From assembly GCA_044868695.1 (NCBI GenBank), contig JBIOWP010000087.1, forward strand, positions 1 through 35,762: 35,762 nt of DNA. Direction: 5' to 3'. The notes below the pieces were generated by a model. It was not told where the DNA came from and searched no databases. It saw only the letters and a program-made list of their open reading frames with translations. Each line of letters begins with the position of its first letter. The first letter of the stretch is position 1. Source of the stretch: a bacterium (GTDB lineage Bacteria; Sysuimicrobiota; Sysuimicrobiia; Sysuimicrobiales; Kaftiobacteriaceae). The translations under genes were made by a program, and so were the position numbers. Shown piece by piece: positions 26,747-34,051 of the stretch.

Positions 26747-27670
26747 ATGGCGACGGCATCACAGACCGGACCCGAAACGGTGCGCGCCCTGCAGCGGCTC
26801 TGCCGCGAGGTACGGGAGGCGGAGCCGCTCCGCAAGCACGTCTCGTTCCGCATCGGCGGGCCCGCGGACGTCCTCGTGCTCCCTCGCGCGCTGGACGAGC
26901 TGCGGGCGGTCGTACGCTGGCTGTTTGCCGAGCACGTGCGGTTCACCGTGCTGGGGCAGGGCAGCAACGTGCTGATCGCCGACGCGGGAGTGCGCGGCGT
27001 CGTCGTCAAAGTCGGCAAGGGCGTGGACCGCGTGGTGTTCGAAGGCGATCGCGTGACCGCAGAAGCGGGCGCAGGACTGCCGCACCTGGCGCGCGATGCC
27101 GCCGGGCGCGGGCTGTCCGGGCTGGAATTCGCCGCGGGGATTCCCGCCTCGGTCGGAGGCGCTGTGGCGATGAATGCCGGCGCGCACGGCCACGCGATGC
27201 AGGAGATCCTGATCTCGGCCCGTGTGCTGATGCCGGACGGCGAGCACGTCCTGACCCCCGCTATGCTGGGATACGCATACCGCACCAGCACTCTGCAGCA
27301 GCGACCGGCTGTGGTCGCCGACGCGACGCTGCAACTCCAGCGCAGCGATCCCGACGCGGTGCGCCGCCGGACCGAGGAATGGCTGGCGCACCGGAACGCC
27401 ACGCAGCCGATCGGGCCGCCGAGTTCCGGCTGTGTCTTCCGCAATCCTCCAGGGGACCACGCCGGGCGCCTCATCGATCTGGCCGGCGGCAAAGGCCTGC
27501 AGGTTGGAGGCGCTCGCGTCTCTGAGATCCACGCCAACTACATCGTGAACACGGGCGACGCCACGGCGGCCGACGTCTCCGCCCTGATGCGCAAGGTGAA
27601 TGCGCTGGTCGGGGAGAAGTTCGGAGTGAGGCTGGACCCCGAGATCAAGCTGGTCGGGGAGTTGGTCTAG
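26747..27670 (+). CDS. murB: UDP-N-acetylenolpyruvoylglucosamine reductase MurB
   Basis: FRIGGPAD, LGQGSNVL, GLEFAAGIPASVGGA..MNAGA, SSGCVFRNP and HANYIVN. Confidence 0.96.
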   Translation: MATASQTGPETVRALQRLCREVREAEPLRKHVSFRIGGPADVLVLPRALDELRAVVRWLFAEHVRFTVLGQGSNVLIADAGVRGVVVKVGKGVDRVVFEGDRVTAEAGAGLPHLARDAAGRGLSGLEFAAGIPASVGGAVAMNAGAHGHAMQEILISARVLMPDGEHVLTPAMLGYAYRTSTLQQRPAVVADATLQLQRSDPDAVRRRTEEWLAHRNATQPIGPPSSGCVFRNPPGDHAGRLIDLAGGKGLQVGGARVSEIHANYIVNTGDATAADVSALMRKVNALVGEKFGVRLDPEIKLVGELV

Positions 27671-27708
27671 CAACCAGACGCGCTTTCGTCGCACCTTTCG
27701 TCGCGCCT

Positions 27709-28530
27709 ATGCCGAGCATACACGTCGCTGCATATCCCCTCACCCCGTCCGCGGGCTCCGGCGTCGCCGCGGAGTCTGCGCCGCCCGTCCTGACGTCGAT
27801 GGTGCGTCTGCTCCGGTTTGGCGCCGCCATGGCGTTCCTCCTGGCCGCGGCCGCGTTCCCGCAGTCGTCGTTCTTTGCCGTTTCCGACATCACCGTGCTG
27901 GGAGCCCACCACACGAGCGCATCGGAGATCATCGCCCGCGCCGGCCTGCGGCCGGGGACACCCCTGTCCCGCCTCGACGCGCGCGATGCCGTCGGCCGCA
28001 TCACCACACATCCGTGGGTGGCGTCGGCACGCATCCGCGTCTCGCCCGCAGGCCAGGTCGACATCCTCATCAGCGAGCGGGTGCCGCACGCTGCGCTTCC
28101 CTACCGTGGCGGGTATCTCACGCTGGACCACAGGGGCGTGGCGATCGAGCTGACCGCCTCCCGTCCTCCGCTGCCGGTCATCACGATCGATGATCTGACC
28201 CTGCCGTGGGTGCGTCTCGGTGATCGTGTGCCCGCCCCCGGCGTGCTGGGCGCGCTGCGCGCGCTCGGGGCGATGCCCCAGCCGGAGATTGCGCGGGGCA
28301 TCCAGCTGCGCGTGAACGCAGGGGGCGATGTGGTGGTAACGACGGCGGACGGGATTACGGTGTTGATGGGCCAGGCACGAGGGCTCGGGCCGCGCGCGCT
28401 CTCCCTCACGCAGGTGCTTGCCGCGATCCGCAGCCGTCCTCTGGCCGTGCGGTCGGTGGATCTCCGATTTGCAGGCAGCGTCATCCTGCGGCCGGAGCCC
28501 GCGGGGTCCAAGGGAGGAGTCCGACCCTAA
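27709..28530 (+). CDS. ftsQ: Cell division protein FtsQ/DivIB (POTRA domain)
   Basis: TM followed by FFAVSDITVLG POTRA, PWVASA..., ISERVP and C-terminal VDLRF; position before ftsA; start uncertain. Confidence 0.85.
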   Translation: MPSIHVAAYPLTPSAGSGVAAESAPPVLTSMVRLLRFGAAMAFLLAAAAFPQSSFFAVSDITVLGAHHTSASEIIARAGLRPGTPLSRLDARDAVGRITTHPWVASARIRVSPAGQVDILISERVPHAALPYRGGYLTLDHRGVAIELTASRPPLPVITIDDLTLPWVRLGDRVPAPGVLGALRALGAMPQPEIARGIQLRVNAGGDVVVTTADGITVLMGQARGLGPRALSLTQVLAAIRSRPLAVRSVDLRFAGSVILRPEPAGSKGGVRP

Positions 28531-28539
28531 ATGTGGAAT
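28513..28539 (+). promoter_or_regulatory. sigmaH-like promoter for ftsA-ftsZ
   Basis: GGAGGAGT-N12-GTGGAAT, the same pattern as upstream of mraZ. Confidence 0.6.
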
Positions 28540-28543
28540 CGTG

Positions 28544-28591
28544 CTACAAGATATGGGGGAAAAGTTACGCAAGCTCTACTAGATATGGGAG
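28544..28591 (+). promoter_or_regulatory. Tandem NrdR-box-like operators upstream of ftsA
   Basis: CTACAAGATATGGGGG (28544) and CTACTAGATATGGGAG (28576), 32 bp apart, share the C.AGATAT.G core with the boxes upstream of nrdR. Confidence 0.7.
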
Positions 28592-28642
28592 TCTGCAGAC
28601 CGGAGCGGGGCAGGACCCGCCCGGGGGCGGTCCGGAGCGGCG

Positions 28643-29878
28643 ATGTCGCGTAGGCAGCAGGTCATCGGACTGGACATCGGGACCACCAAGGTGTGCGCGG
28701 TGGTCGGCGAGGTCGACGAAGAGGGCGAGGTCCATATCGCCGGCGTCGGCAGTACGCCGTCCTCGGGCATCCGCAAGGGCGTGGTCATCGACATCGAGGC
28801 GACCACCCGCGCGGTCGAGGAGGCCGTGGAGCGGGCAGAGCGCATGGCGGGGATCACGATTTCCGCCCTATACGTAGGAGTCTCTGGGGAGCACATCACC
28901 TCGACGAACTCCCGTGGGGTGATCGCCGTCAGCCGCGGCGACCACGAGATCTCCACCGCGGACGTGGATCGCGTCATTGAGGCGGCGCGGATGGCGGCCC
29001 TGCCGGCGTCCGATCGCGAGATCGTGCACATGCTGCCGCGCGGATTCGTGGTCGACGGCCATGACGGGGTCCGCAACCCCGTCGGGATGTACGGCTCGCG
29101 CCTCGAGGTGGAGGCCCATATCGTCACCGGCACGTCGACCGTGCTGGCCAACCTCCTCAAGTGCGTCCAGCGCGCCGGCCTCGAGGTGGATGAAATCGTC
29201 CTGGAGCCCCTGGCGTCGGCCGAAGGCGTGCTCGCGCAGGCGGAGCGTGAGCTGGGTGTCGTGCTGGCGGACATCGGCGGCGGCACGACCAGTGTCGGCG
29301 TGTTTGCGGGCGGCGGATTGTCCCACACCGCCATCCTGCCGGTGGGCGGTCACCACGTCACCAGCGACGTGGCGGTCGGGCTGCGCACGCCGGTCGCGGA
29401 GGCGGAGAAACTGAAGATCCGCCACGGAGCCGCATCCGTGTCCGACGTCCACGAGGGCGAGCTGATTGAGGTGTTCAATGTGGGCGACCGCGAGCCCCGG
29501 GTGCTCCCGCGCAAGGTACTCTGCGAGATCATCGAGCCGCGGCTCCAGGAGATCTGCAGCCTCCTGCGGCTGCAGATCAAGCGCAGCGGGTACGGCCACC
29601 TGGTGCCGGCCGGGATCGTCTTGACCGGCGGGAGCGCGCTGCTGCGCGGCATCGCCAAGTACGTGAGCGAGAAGCTCGAGCTGCCCGCGCGCGTGGGCGT
29701 CCCCGAGCAGGTCGGTGGGCTGATTGACGCCGTGGCGAGTCCCATCTACGCCACCGGCGTGGGGTTGGTGCTGTACGGGGTCCGCCACGGCGGGCCAAAA
29801 CCCGAGCGATCCGGCAACGGCGCCGGGCTGGTCGGCAAGATGCGCGGGTGGATTCGAGAGATGGTGCACGGCGCGTAA
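28643..29878 (+). CDS. ftsA: Cell division protein FtsA
   Basis: GLDIGTTKV, GIRKGVV, DIGGGTT, AEKLK, IIEPR, GIVLTGG and a C-terminal amphipathic helix. Confidence 0.97.
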   Translation: MSRRQQVIGLDIGTTKVCAVVGEVDEEGEVHIAGVGSTPSSGIRKGVVIDIEATTRAVEEAVERAERMAGITISALYVGVSGEHITSTNSRGVIAVSRGDHEISTADVDRVIEAARMAALPASDREIVHMLPRGFVVDGHDGVRNPVGMYGSRLEVEAHIVTGTSTVLANLLKCVQRAGLEVDEIVLEPLASAEGVLAQAERELGVVLADIGGGTTSVGVFAGGGLSHTAILPVGGHHVTSDVAVGLRTPVAEAEKLKIRHGAASVSDVHEGELIEVFNVGDREPRVLPRKVLCEIIEPRLQEICSLLRLQIKRSGYGHLVPAGIVLTGGSALLRGIAKYVSEKLELPARVGVPEQVGGLIDAVASPIYATGVGLVLYGVRHGGPKPERSGNGAGLVGKMRGWIREMVHGA

Positions 29879-29893
29879 AAGGAGGCTACCGTG

Positions 29894-30952
29894 ATGGGGC
29901 ACATTGATCGCGATCTACGCCGGTACGCGGCGATCAAGGTGGTCGGCGTGGGCGGCGGCGGCAGCAACGCCGTGAACCGAATGATCAACGCGGGGCTGCG
30001 CGGCGTCGAGTTCATCGCCATCAACACGGATGCGCAGGCCCTGGCGATGAGCAACGCCGACAAGAAAATTCACGTCGGCAGCAAGATCACCAAAGGGCTC
30101 GGGGCCGGCGGGGATCCCGAAATCGGGCGGCAGGCAGCGGAAGAGAGCAAGGACGACCTCTACGAGGTCCTCGAGGGCGCGGACATGGTGTTCATCACCG
30201 CGGGCATGGGCGGGGGCACCGGCACCGGCGGCTCGCCGATTGTCGCGGAGGTTGCCCGGGAGCTCAGCGCGCTGACCATCGGGGTGGTGACGAAGCCGTT
30301 CTCGTTCGAGGGCCGGCGCCGCGCACAATCCGCCGAGGAAGGGACGCGCAGCCTCAAAGGAAAGGTGAACACGCTCATCACCATCCCCAACGACCGGCTG
30401 CTGCAGATCATCGACCGCGCGGCCACGGTGGTGGAGGCTTTCCGGGTCGCCGACGACGTGCTGCGCCAGGGCGTGCAGGGGATCGCCGACCTAATCACCG
30501 TACCCGGCCTCATCAACCTGGATTTCGCCGACGTGCGGACGATCATGCACGAAGCCGGCTCGGCGCTCATCGGGATCGGCGTGGCCACCGGCGAGGACCG
30601 GGCCATCCGGGCCGCGCAGGCGGCGATCAGCAGCCCGCTGCTGGAGACCTCGATGGCGGGCGCCCGGGGCGTGTTGATCAACGTGACCGGCGGGCTGGAC
30701 CTGGGGCTGCTGGAAGTGTCGGAAGCCGCGCAGATCGTCAAGGACGCGGCCGATCCGGACGCCAACATCATCTTCGGAGCCGTCATCGACGACAAGGTCG
30801 ATGGCGAGATGCGCATCACGGTCATCGCCACCGGGTTCGACGCGGGCCGCAAGCCCTCCGACAAACTGGGCGAGAGCCCGGACGCGATCGAAGACGGCGT
30901 GAAGGCGCTGATCAACGACCTCGACATTCCGGCGTTTCTGCGCCGCAGGTAG
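29894..30952 (+). CDS. ftsZ: Cell division protein FtsZ
   Basis: [33 protein letters not shown] and C-terminal [19 protein letters not shown] (alternative start GTG 29891). Confidence 0.98.
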   Translation: MGHIDRDLRRYAAIKVVGVGGGGSNAVNRMINAGLRGVEFIAINTDAQALAMSNADKKIHVGSKITKGLGAGGDPEIGRQAAEESKDDLYEVLEGADMVFITAGMGGGTGTGGSPIVAEVARELSALTIGVVTKPFSFEGRRRAQSAEEGTRSLKGKVNTLITIPNDRLLQIIDRAATVVEAFRVADDVLRQGVQGIADLITVPGLINLDFADVRTIMHEAGSALIGIGVATGEDRAIRAAQAAISSPLLETSMAGARGVLINVTGGLDLGLLEVSEAAQIVKDAADPDANIIFGAVIDDKVDGEMRITVIATGFDAGRKPSDKLGESPDAIEDGVKALINDLDIPAFLRRR

Positions 30953-30959
30953 TGACGGG

Positions 30960-30991
30960 AACGCGGGAACCGGGGAACGCGGGAACGCGAA
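30960..30991 (+). repeat. Octamer tandem array AACGCGGG x4 after ftsZ
   Basis: AACGCGGG AACCGGGG AACGCGGG AACGCGAA; same unit as at the ftsW 3' end. Confidence 0.8.
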
Positions 30992-30993
30992 AT

Positions 30994-31033
30994 GGAGGGG
31001 GGACTGCGGTGCAGGTTCCCCCTTCTCGTTTTT
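30994..31033 (+). terminator. Probable Rho-independent terminator after ftsZ
   Basis: Imperfect stem GGAGGGGGGACTGC / GCAGGTTCCCCCTTC followed by TCGTTTTT. Confidence 0.6.
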
Positions 31034-31060
31034 GTGTTGAAGGCGTACCGTAGGGGTATC

Positions 31061-32116
31061 GTGTTCGATCTCACCTCGGAACTTCAGGGGCTGCTGCACG
31101 TCGTCGAGGAGTATTTTCCCGTCACTGGGGTGGTGGACGAGGGGGGGAGACCCGCGTTCGCCGTCCACCTCCCTTCCGACAGCAAGCGCCGATTCCTCGC
31201 CCTCCGGCAGCGGCTGATTCCCACGGGGCTGCTGCCCGTTCTGCGGCACCGCCCCGCAGGCCAGGTCCTGGTGCTCCTCCCACAGCCCCCGCCGGTGCGG
31301 TGGCGATGGCAGGTCAACGCCGGGTTGTTTGTGTTGACGCTCCTGACGACGTTCGCGGCGGGCTATCTGAACACGCAGGGGCTGGTGGAGTCTGGGTACC
31401 TGCGTTCTGCAGTGGGCGGCGGGGCGGCGTTCGCGTTCTCCCTGATGGCCATCCTGGTCACGCACGAGATGGGTCACAAGGTGATGTCGATCGTCCGCGG
31501 CGTCGACAGCAGCCTCCCGTACTTCATTCCTATGGCGCCGCCGCTGGGAACGATGGGGGCAGTCATCATGACCCGGACGCCGGCGCCCAATCGCGATGCG
31601 TTGATGGATGTCGGCGCCTCCGGCCCGATCGCCGGCTTCCTGGTGGCGATTCCGGTCCTGGTGGTCGGCATCACCAATTCGTTCGTCATCCGGCCCACCG
31701 ACTTTCAGGGTATCAACCTGCCGGATCCGCTGCTGCTGCAGTGGCTGATGGCCTGGCTCCTACATCCGCCGGAAGGCGCCGTGGTGCTGGGGCATCCGGT
31801 ATTGTTCGCCGGCTGGATCGGACTGCTGGTGACCAGCTTGAATCTGCTCCCGGCCAGCATGCTGGACGGCGGCCACGCGGTGCGCGCGCTGTTCGGGGGG
31901 CGTCTCCACACCCTGCTGTCGTGGGTTGGCGTCGCGGTTGCCGCGGTGCTGGGGTACTGGCTGATGGCGGCGTTGATCCTGCTGATGCTGCGGCGCGGCC
32001 ATCCGGGCCCGCTCGATGACGTCTCCCGGCCCAGCCCGTCCCGCATCGTGGTCGGCGTGATCCTGCTCGTCATCTTCATCGTCAGCGCCGTGCCGATGGG
32101 GATCCCGCTGCGATGA
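31061..32116 (+). CDS. Site-2 protease family (M50) intramembrane metalloprotease
   Basis: THEMGH (HExxH), GPIAGF and NLLPASMLDGGH; start placed downstream of the terminator. Confidence 0.92.
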   Translation: MFDLTSELQGLLHVVEEYFPVTGVVDEGGRPAFAVHLPSDSKRRFLALRQRLIPTGLLPVLRHRPAGQVLVLLPQPPPVRWRWQVNAGLFVLTLLTTFAAGYLNTQGLVESGYLRSAVGGGAAFAFSLMAILVTHEMGHKVMSIVRGVDSSLPYFIPMAPPLGTMGAVIMTRTPAPNRDALMDVGASGPIAGFLVAIPVLVVGITNSFVIRPTDFQGINLPDPLLLQWLMAWLLHPPEGAVVLGHPVLFAGWIGLLVTSLNLLPASMLDGGHAVRALFGGRLHTLLSWVGVAVAAVLGYWLMAALILLMLRRGHPGPLDDVSRPSPSRIVVGVILLVIFIVSAVPMGIPLR

Positions 32117-33312
32117 AACCGGTCGCGTTCGGGCTCGTCGGCGCGGTGTTCGCCAAAGAGATGATCGAGACGCTGCGCGATCGCCGGACCCTCGTGGTGG
32201 CGTTTGTGCTGCCGCTGGTGCTGATGCCGGTGGTGACGCTCGGGGTCCCCTACCTGGCGGAGCGGCAGCAGCACCGGCGCGAAGAAGCTCCGTCCCGGGT
32301 TGTCGTGGTAGGTGCTCCGCGCGGAGGCGAAGTGCTCGCCTCCGGCATCGCCCGCGGGTTCATCCGGCCCGTGGAATCCGGTGATCCACGCGGCGCCCTC
32401 AGCGGTGGAGCTGTCGACGCCATCCTGGAGGTGCCTGAGGACTTTGGCTCCCGGCTGCGCGAAGGAGACGGCGAGGTGACCATCGTGTTTGATGAGAGTC
32501 AGCCTGCCTCGGCGGTCGCGCGGGGGAGGATCGAGGAGGTCATAGCCAGCTACGGCCTCGCGCTCTCCGAACAACGTTTGCGCGAGGCCGGTCTCTCCCG
32601 CCAGGATCTGGCTCCGATCCGCGTGACTGCGCACAGCATCGCCGACCGCCGGCGGCTGGGCGGCGCGCTGATGGCCGGGCTCCTCCCGTTCTTTCTCGCT
32701 ATCTGGGCAGTCGTCGGAGGCCAGCACGCGGCCCTGGACGCCGGCGCCGGCGAGAAGGAACGCCGCACGCTGGAAACGCTGCTGGTGGCGCCGCCCCCCA
32801 GGTGGGTCCTGGCCACTGGGAAGTTCCTGGCGGTGGCCGCCTCATCGGCCGCCGCTGTCACAGTGGTGATCGCCGCCGCTCTGGTCAGCCTGTTCGCGGG
32901 GGCGTGGTGGGGGCTCGCGGGGCTGGCTCGCGCCTCGCTCGTTGTCGGGGCGGGCCCGGCGCTCGCTCTGGTGGCGGTGGCGATTTCCCTGGTTGCCCTC
33001 CTCAGCGCCCTCCAGCTGGCTTTGAGCTTGCTCGCCCGCAGCATGCGGGAAGCCCAGCAGTTCTTCACACCGGTCTATCTGGTCGTCTCTCTGCCTGCCA
33101 TGGCCGCCCCCTTCCTGGAGGGGTGGGAGCGCTCGGCGTGGACGTTCCTCATCCCCGGCCTGGGCCCGATCTTCGCCTTTCGAGGGCTGCTGCTTAGAAA
33201 TCTCATGCCGGCCTATCTGACCCTGACACTCGCCTCCACGGGCCTGTATGCCGGTTGCTGTCTGGCGTTGGCCGTCCGCGCCCTCCGTGGCGGGCCCGCA
33301 CGCCGGGCCTGA
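32113..33312 (+). CDS. ABC-2 type permease, NatB-like
   Basis: KEMIETLRDRR, AGEKERRTLETLL.AP and ARSMREAQ; ATGA overlap. Confidence 0.88.
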   Translation: MKPVAFGLVGAVFAKEMIETLRDRRTLVVAFVLPLVLMPVVTLGVPYLAERQQHRREEAPSRVVVVGAPRGGEVLASGIARGFIRPVESGDPRGALSGGAVDAILEVPEDFGSRLREGDGEVTIVFDESQPASAVARGRIEEVIASYGLALSEQRLREAGLSRQDLAPIRVTAHSIADRRRLGGALMAGLLPFFLAIWAVVGGQHAALDAGAGEKERRTLETLLVAPPPRWVLATGKFLAVAASSAAAVTVVIAAALVSLFAGAWWGLAGLARASLVVGAGPALALVAVAISLVALLSALQLALSLLARSMREAQQFFTPVYLVVSLPAMAAPFLEGWERSAWTFLIPGLGPIFAFRGLLLRNLMPAYLTLTLASTGLYAGCCLALAVRALRGGPARRA

Positions 33313-33391
33313 TGGCCCCTGGGGTCTGGCCATCAAGGGGGGTCTGACCCCGGGAGGTCAAATTGGGCCAAAAATGGGCTGAATTTGGGCA

Positions 33392-33420
33392 TTGACACAC
33401 AAGATATAGAGAAATAGAAT
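33392..33420 (+). promoter_or_regulatory. sigma70 promoter of nrdR-nrdJ
   Basis: TTGACA (33392-33397), 17-bp spacer, TAGAAT (33415-33420). Confidence 0.85.
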
Positions 33421-33442
33421 CGTGGTGCCCCAGATATAGTGG
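33397..33442 (+). promoter_or_regulatory. Tandem NrdR boxes
   Basis: ACACAAGATATAGAGA (33397) and GCCCCAGATATAGTGG (33427) match the acaCwAtATaTwGtgt-type consensus; they overlap the promoter and are 30 bp apart. Confidence 0.85.
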
Positions 33443-33452
33443 GGCCCTCGAG

Positions 33453-33980
33453 ATGCGTTGCCCCTACTGCGCCCATGAAGAAAGCAAGGTCCTCGACTCC
33501 CGTCCCGTGGAAGACGGAGCCTCTATCCGCCGCCGCCGCGAATGCCTGAGGTGCGACCGGCGGTTCACCACTTATGAGCGGATGGACCATGTGCCGGTCA
33601 TGGTGGTCAAGCGGGATGGCCGACGGGAGCCGTTCGACCGCAACAAAATCCTCCGGGGACTCGTCCAGGCCTGCGGCAAGCGTCCGGTCTCGATGGATGA
33701 GCTTGAGCGCGTCGTTGTCGAAGTCGAGCGCGAGGTCACCGGTCGCGGAGACCGCGAGGTCAGCACGATGCAGATCGGCGCCCTGGTGATGGACCGCCTG
33801 CGGCGGCTGGACGACGTGGCCTATGTTCGCTTTGCCTCCGAACACCGGCGATTTCGAGACCTTGAGATGCTGGTGGAGGAGGCCGAGACCCTCAAAGAAC
33901 GCAAGCGGCGGGAAGAGGCCCTGCGCGCGCAGGTGCCTCTTCTGACCGTCGAGACCGGCCCGGCGAAGGCAACCAAGTAA
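33453..33980 (+). CDS. nrdR: Transcriptional repressor NrdR
   Basis: MRCPYC..SKVLDSR, RRRRECLRC..RFTTYE Zn ribbon, ATP cone VVKRDGRREPFDRNKI, and DDVAYVRFAS. Confidence 0.98.
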   Translation: MRCPYCAHEESKVLDSRPVEDGASIRRRRECLRCDRRFTTYERMDHVPVMVVKRDGRREPFDRNKILRGLVQACGKRPVSMDELERVVVEVEREVTGRGDREVSTMQIGALVMDRLRRLDDVAYVRFASEHRRFRDLEMLVEEAETLKERKRREEALRAQVPLLTVETGPAKATK

Positions 33981-33995
33981 CGCAGTTGACCCGCA

Positions 33996-34020
33996 GCCCC
34001 GGCCACCTGGCGGCCGGGGC
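33996..34020 (+). other. GC-rich hairpin between nrdR and nrdJ (no U tail)
   Basis: 9-bp stem GCCCCGGCC / GGCCGGGGC. Confidence 0.5.
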
Positions 34021-34051
34021 CTCATCGACATCGCAAAGAGGGGTGAACCCG

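Noticed and set aside
33310..33335. Palindrome TGATGGCC...GGCCATCA at the permease stop
   Set aside because: An 8-bp stem with no U tail; the function cannot be assigned
33981..34051. Cobalamin riboswitch before nrdJ
   Set aside because: The gap is only about 70 nt, with no B12-box (GGGAA...GCCACTG) elements; there is just one hairpin
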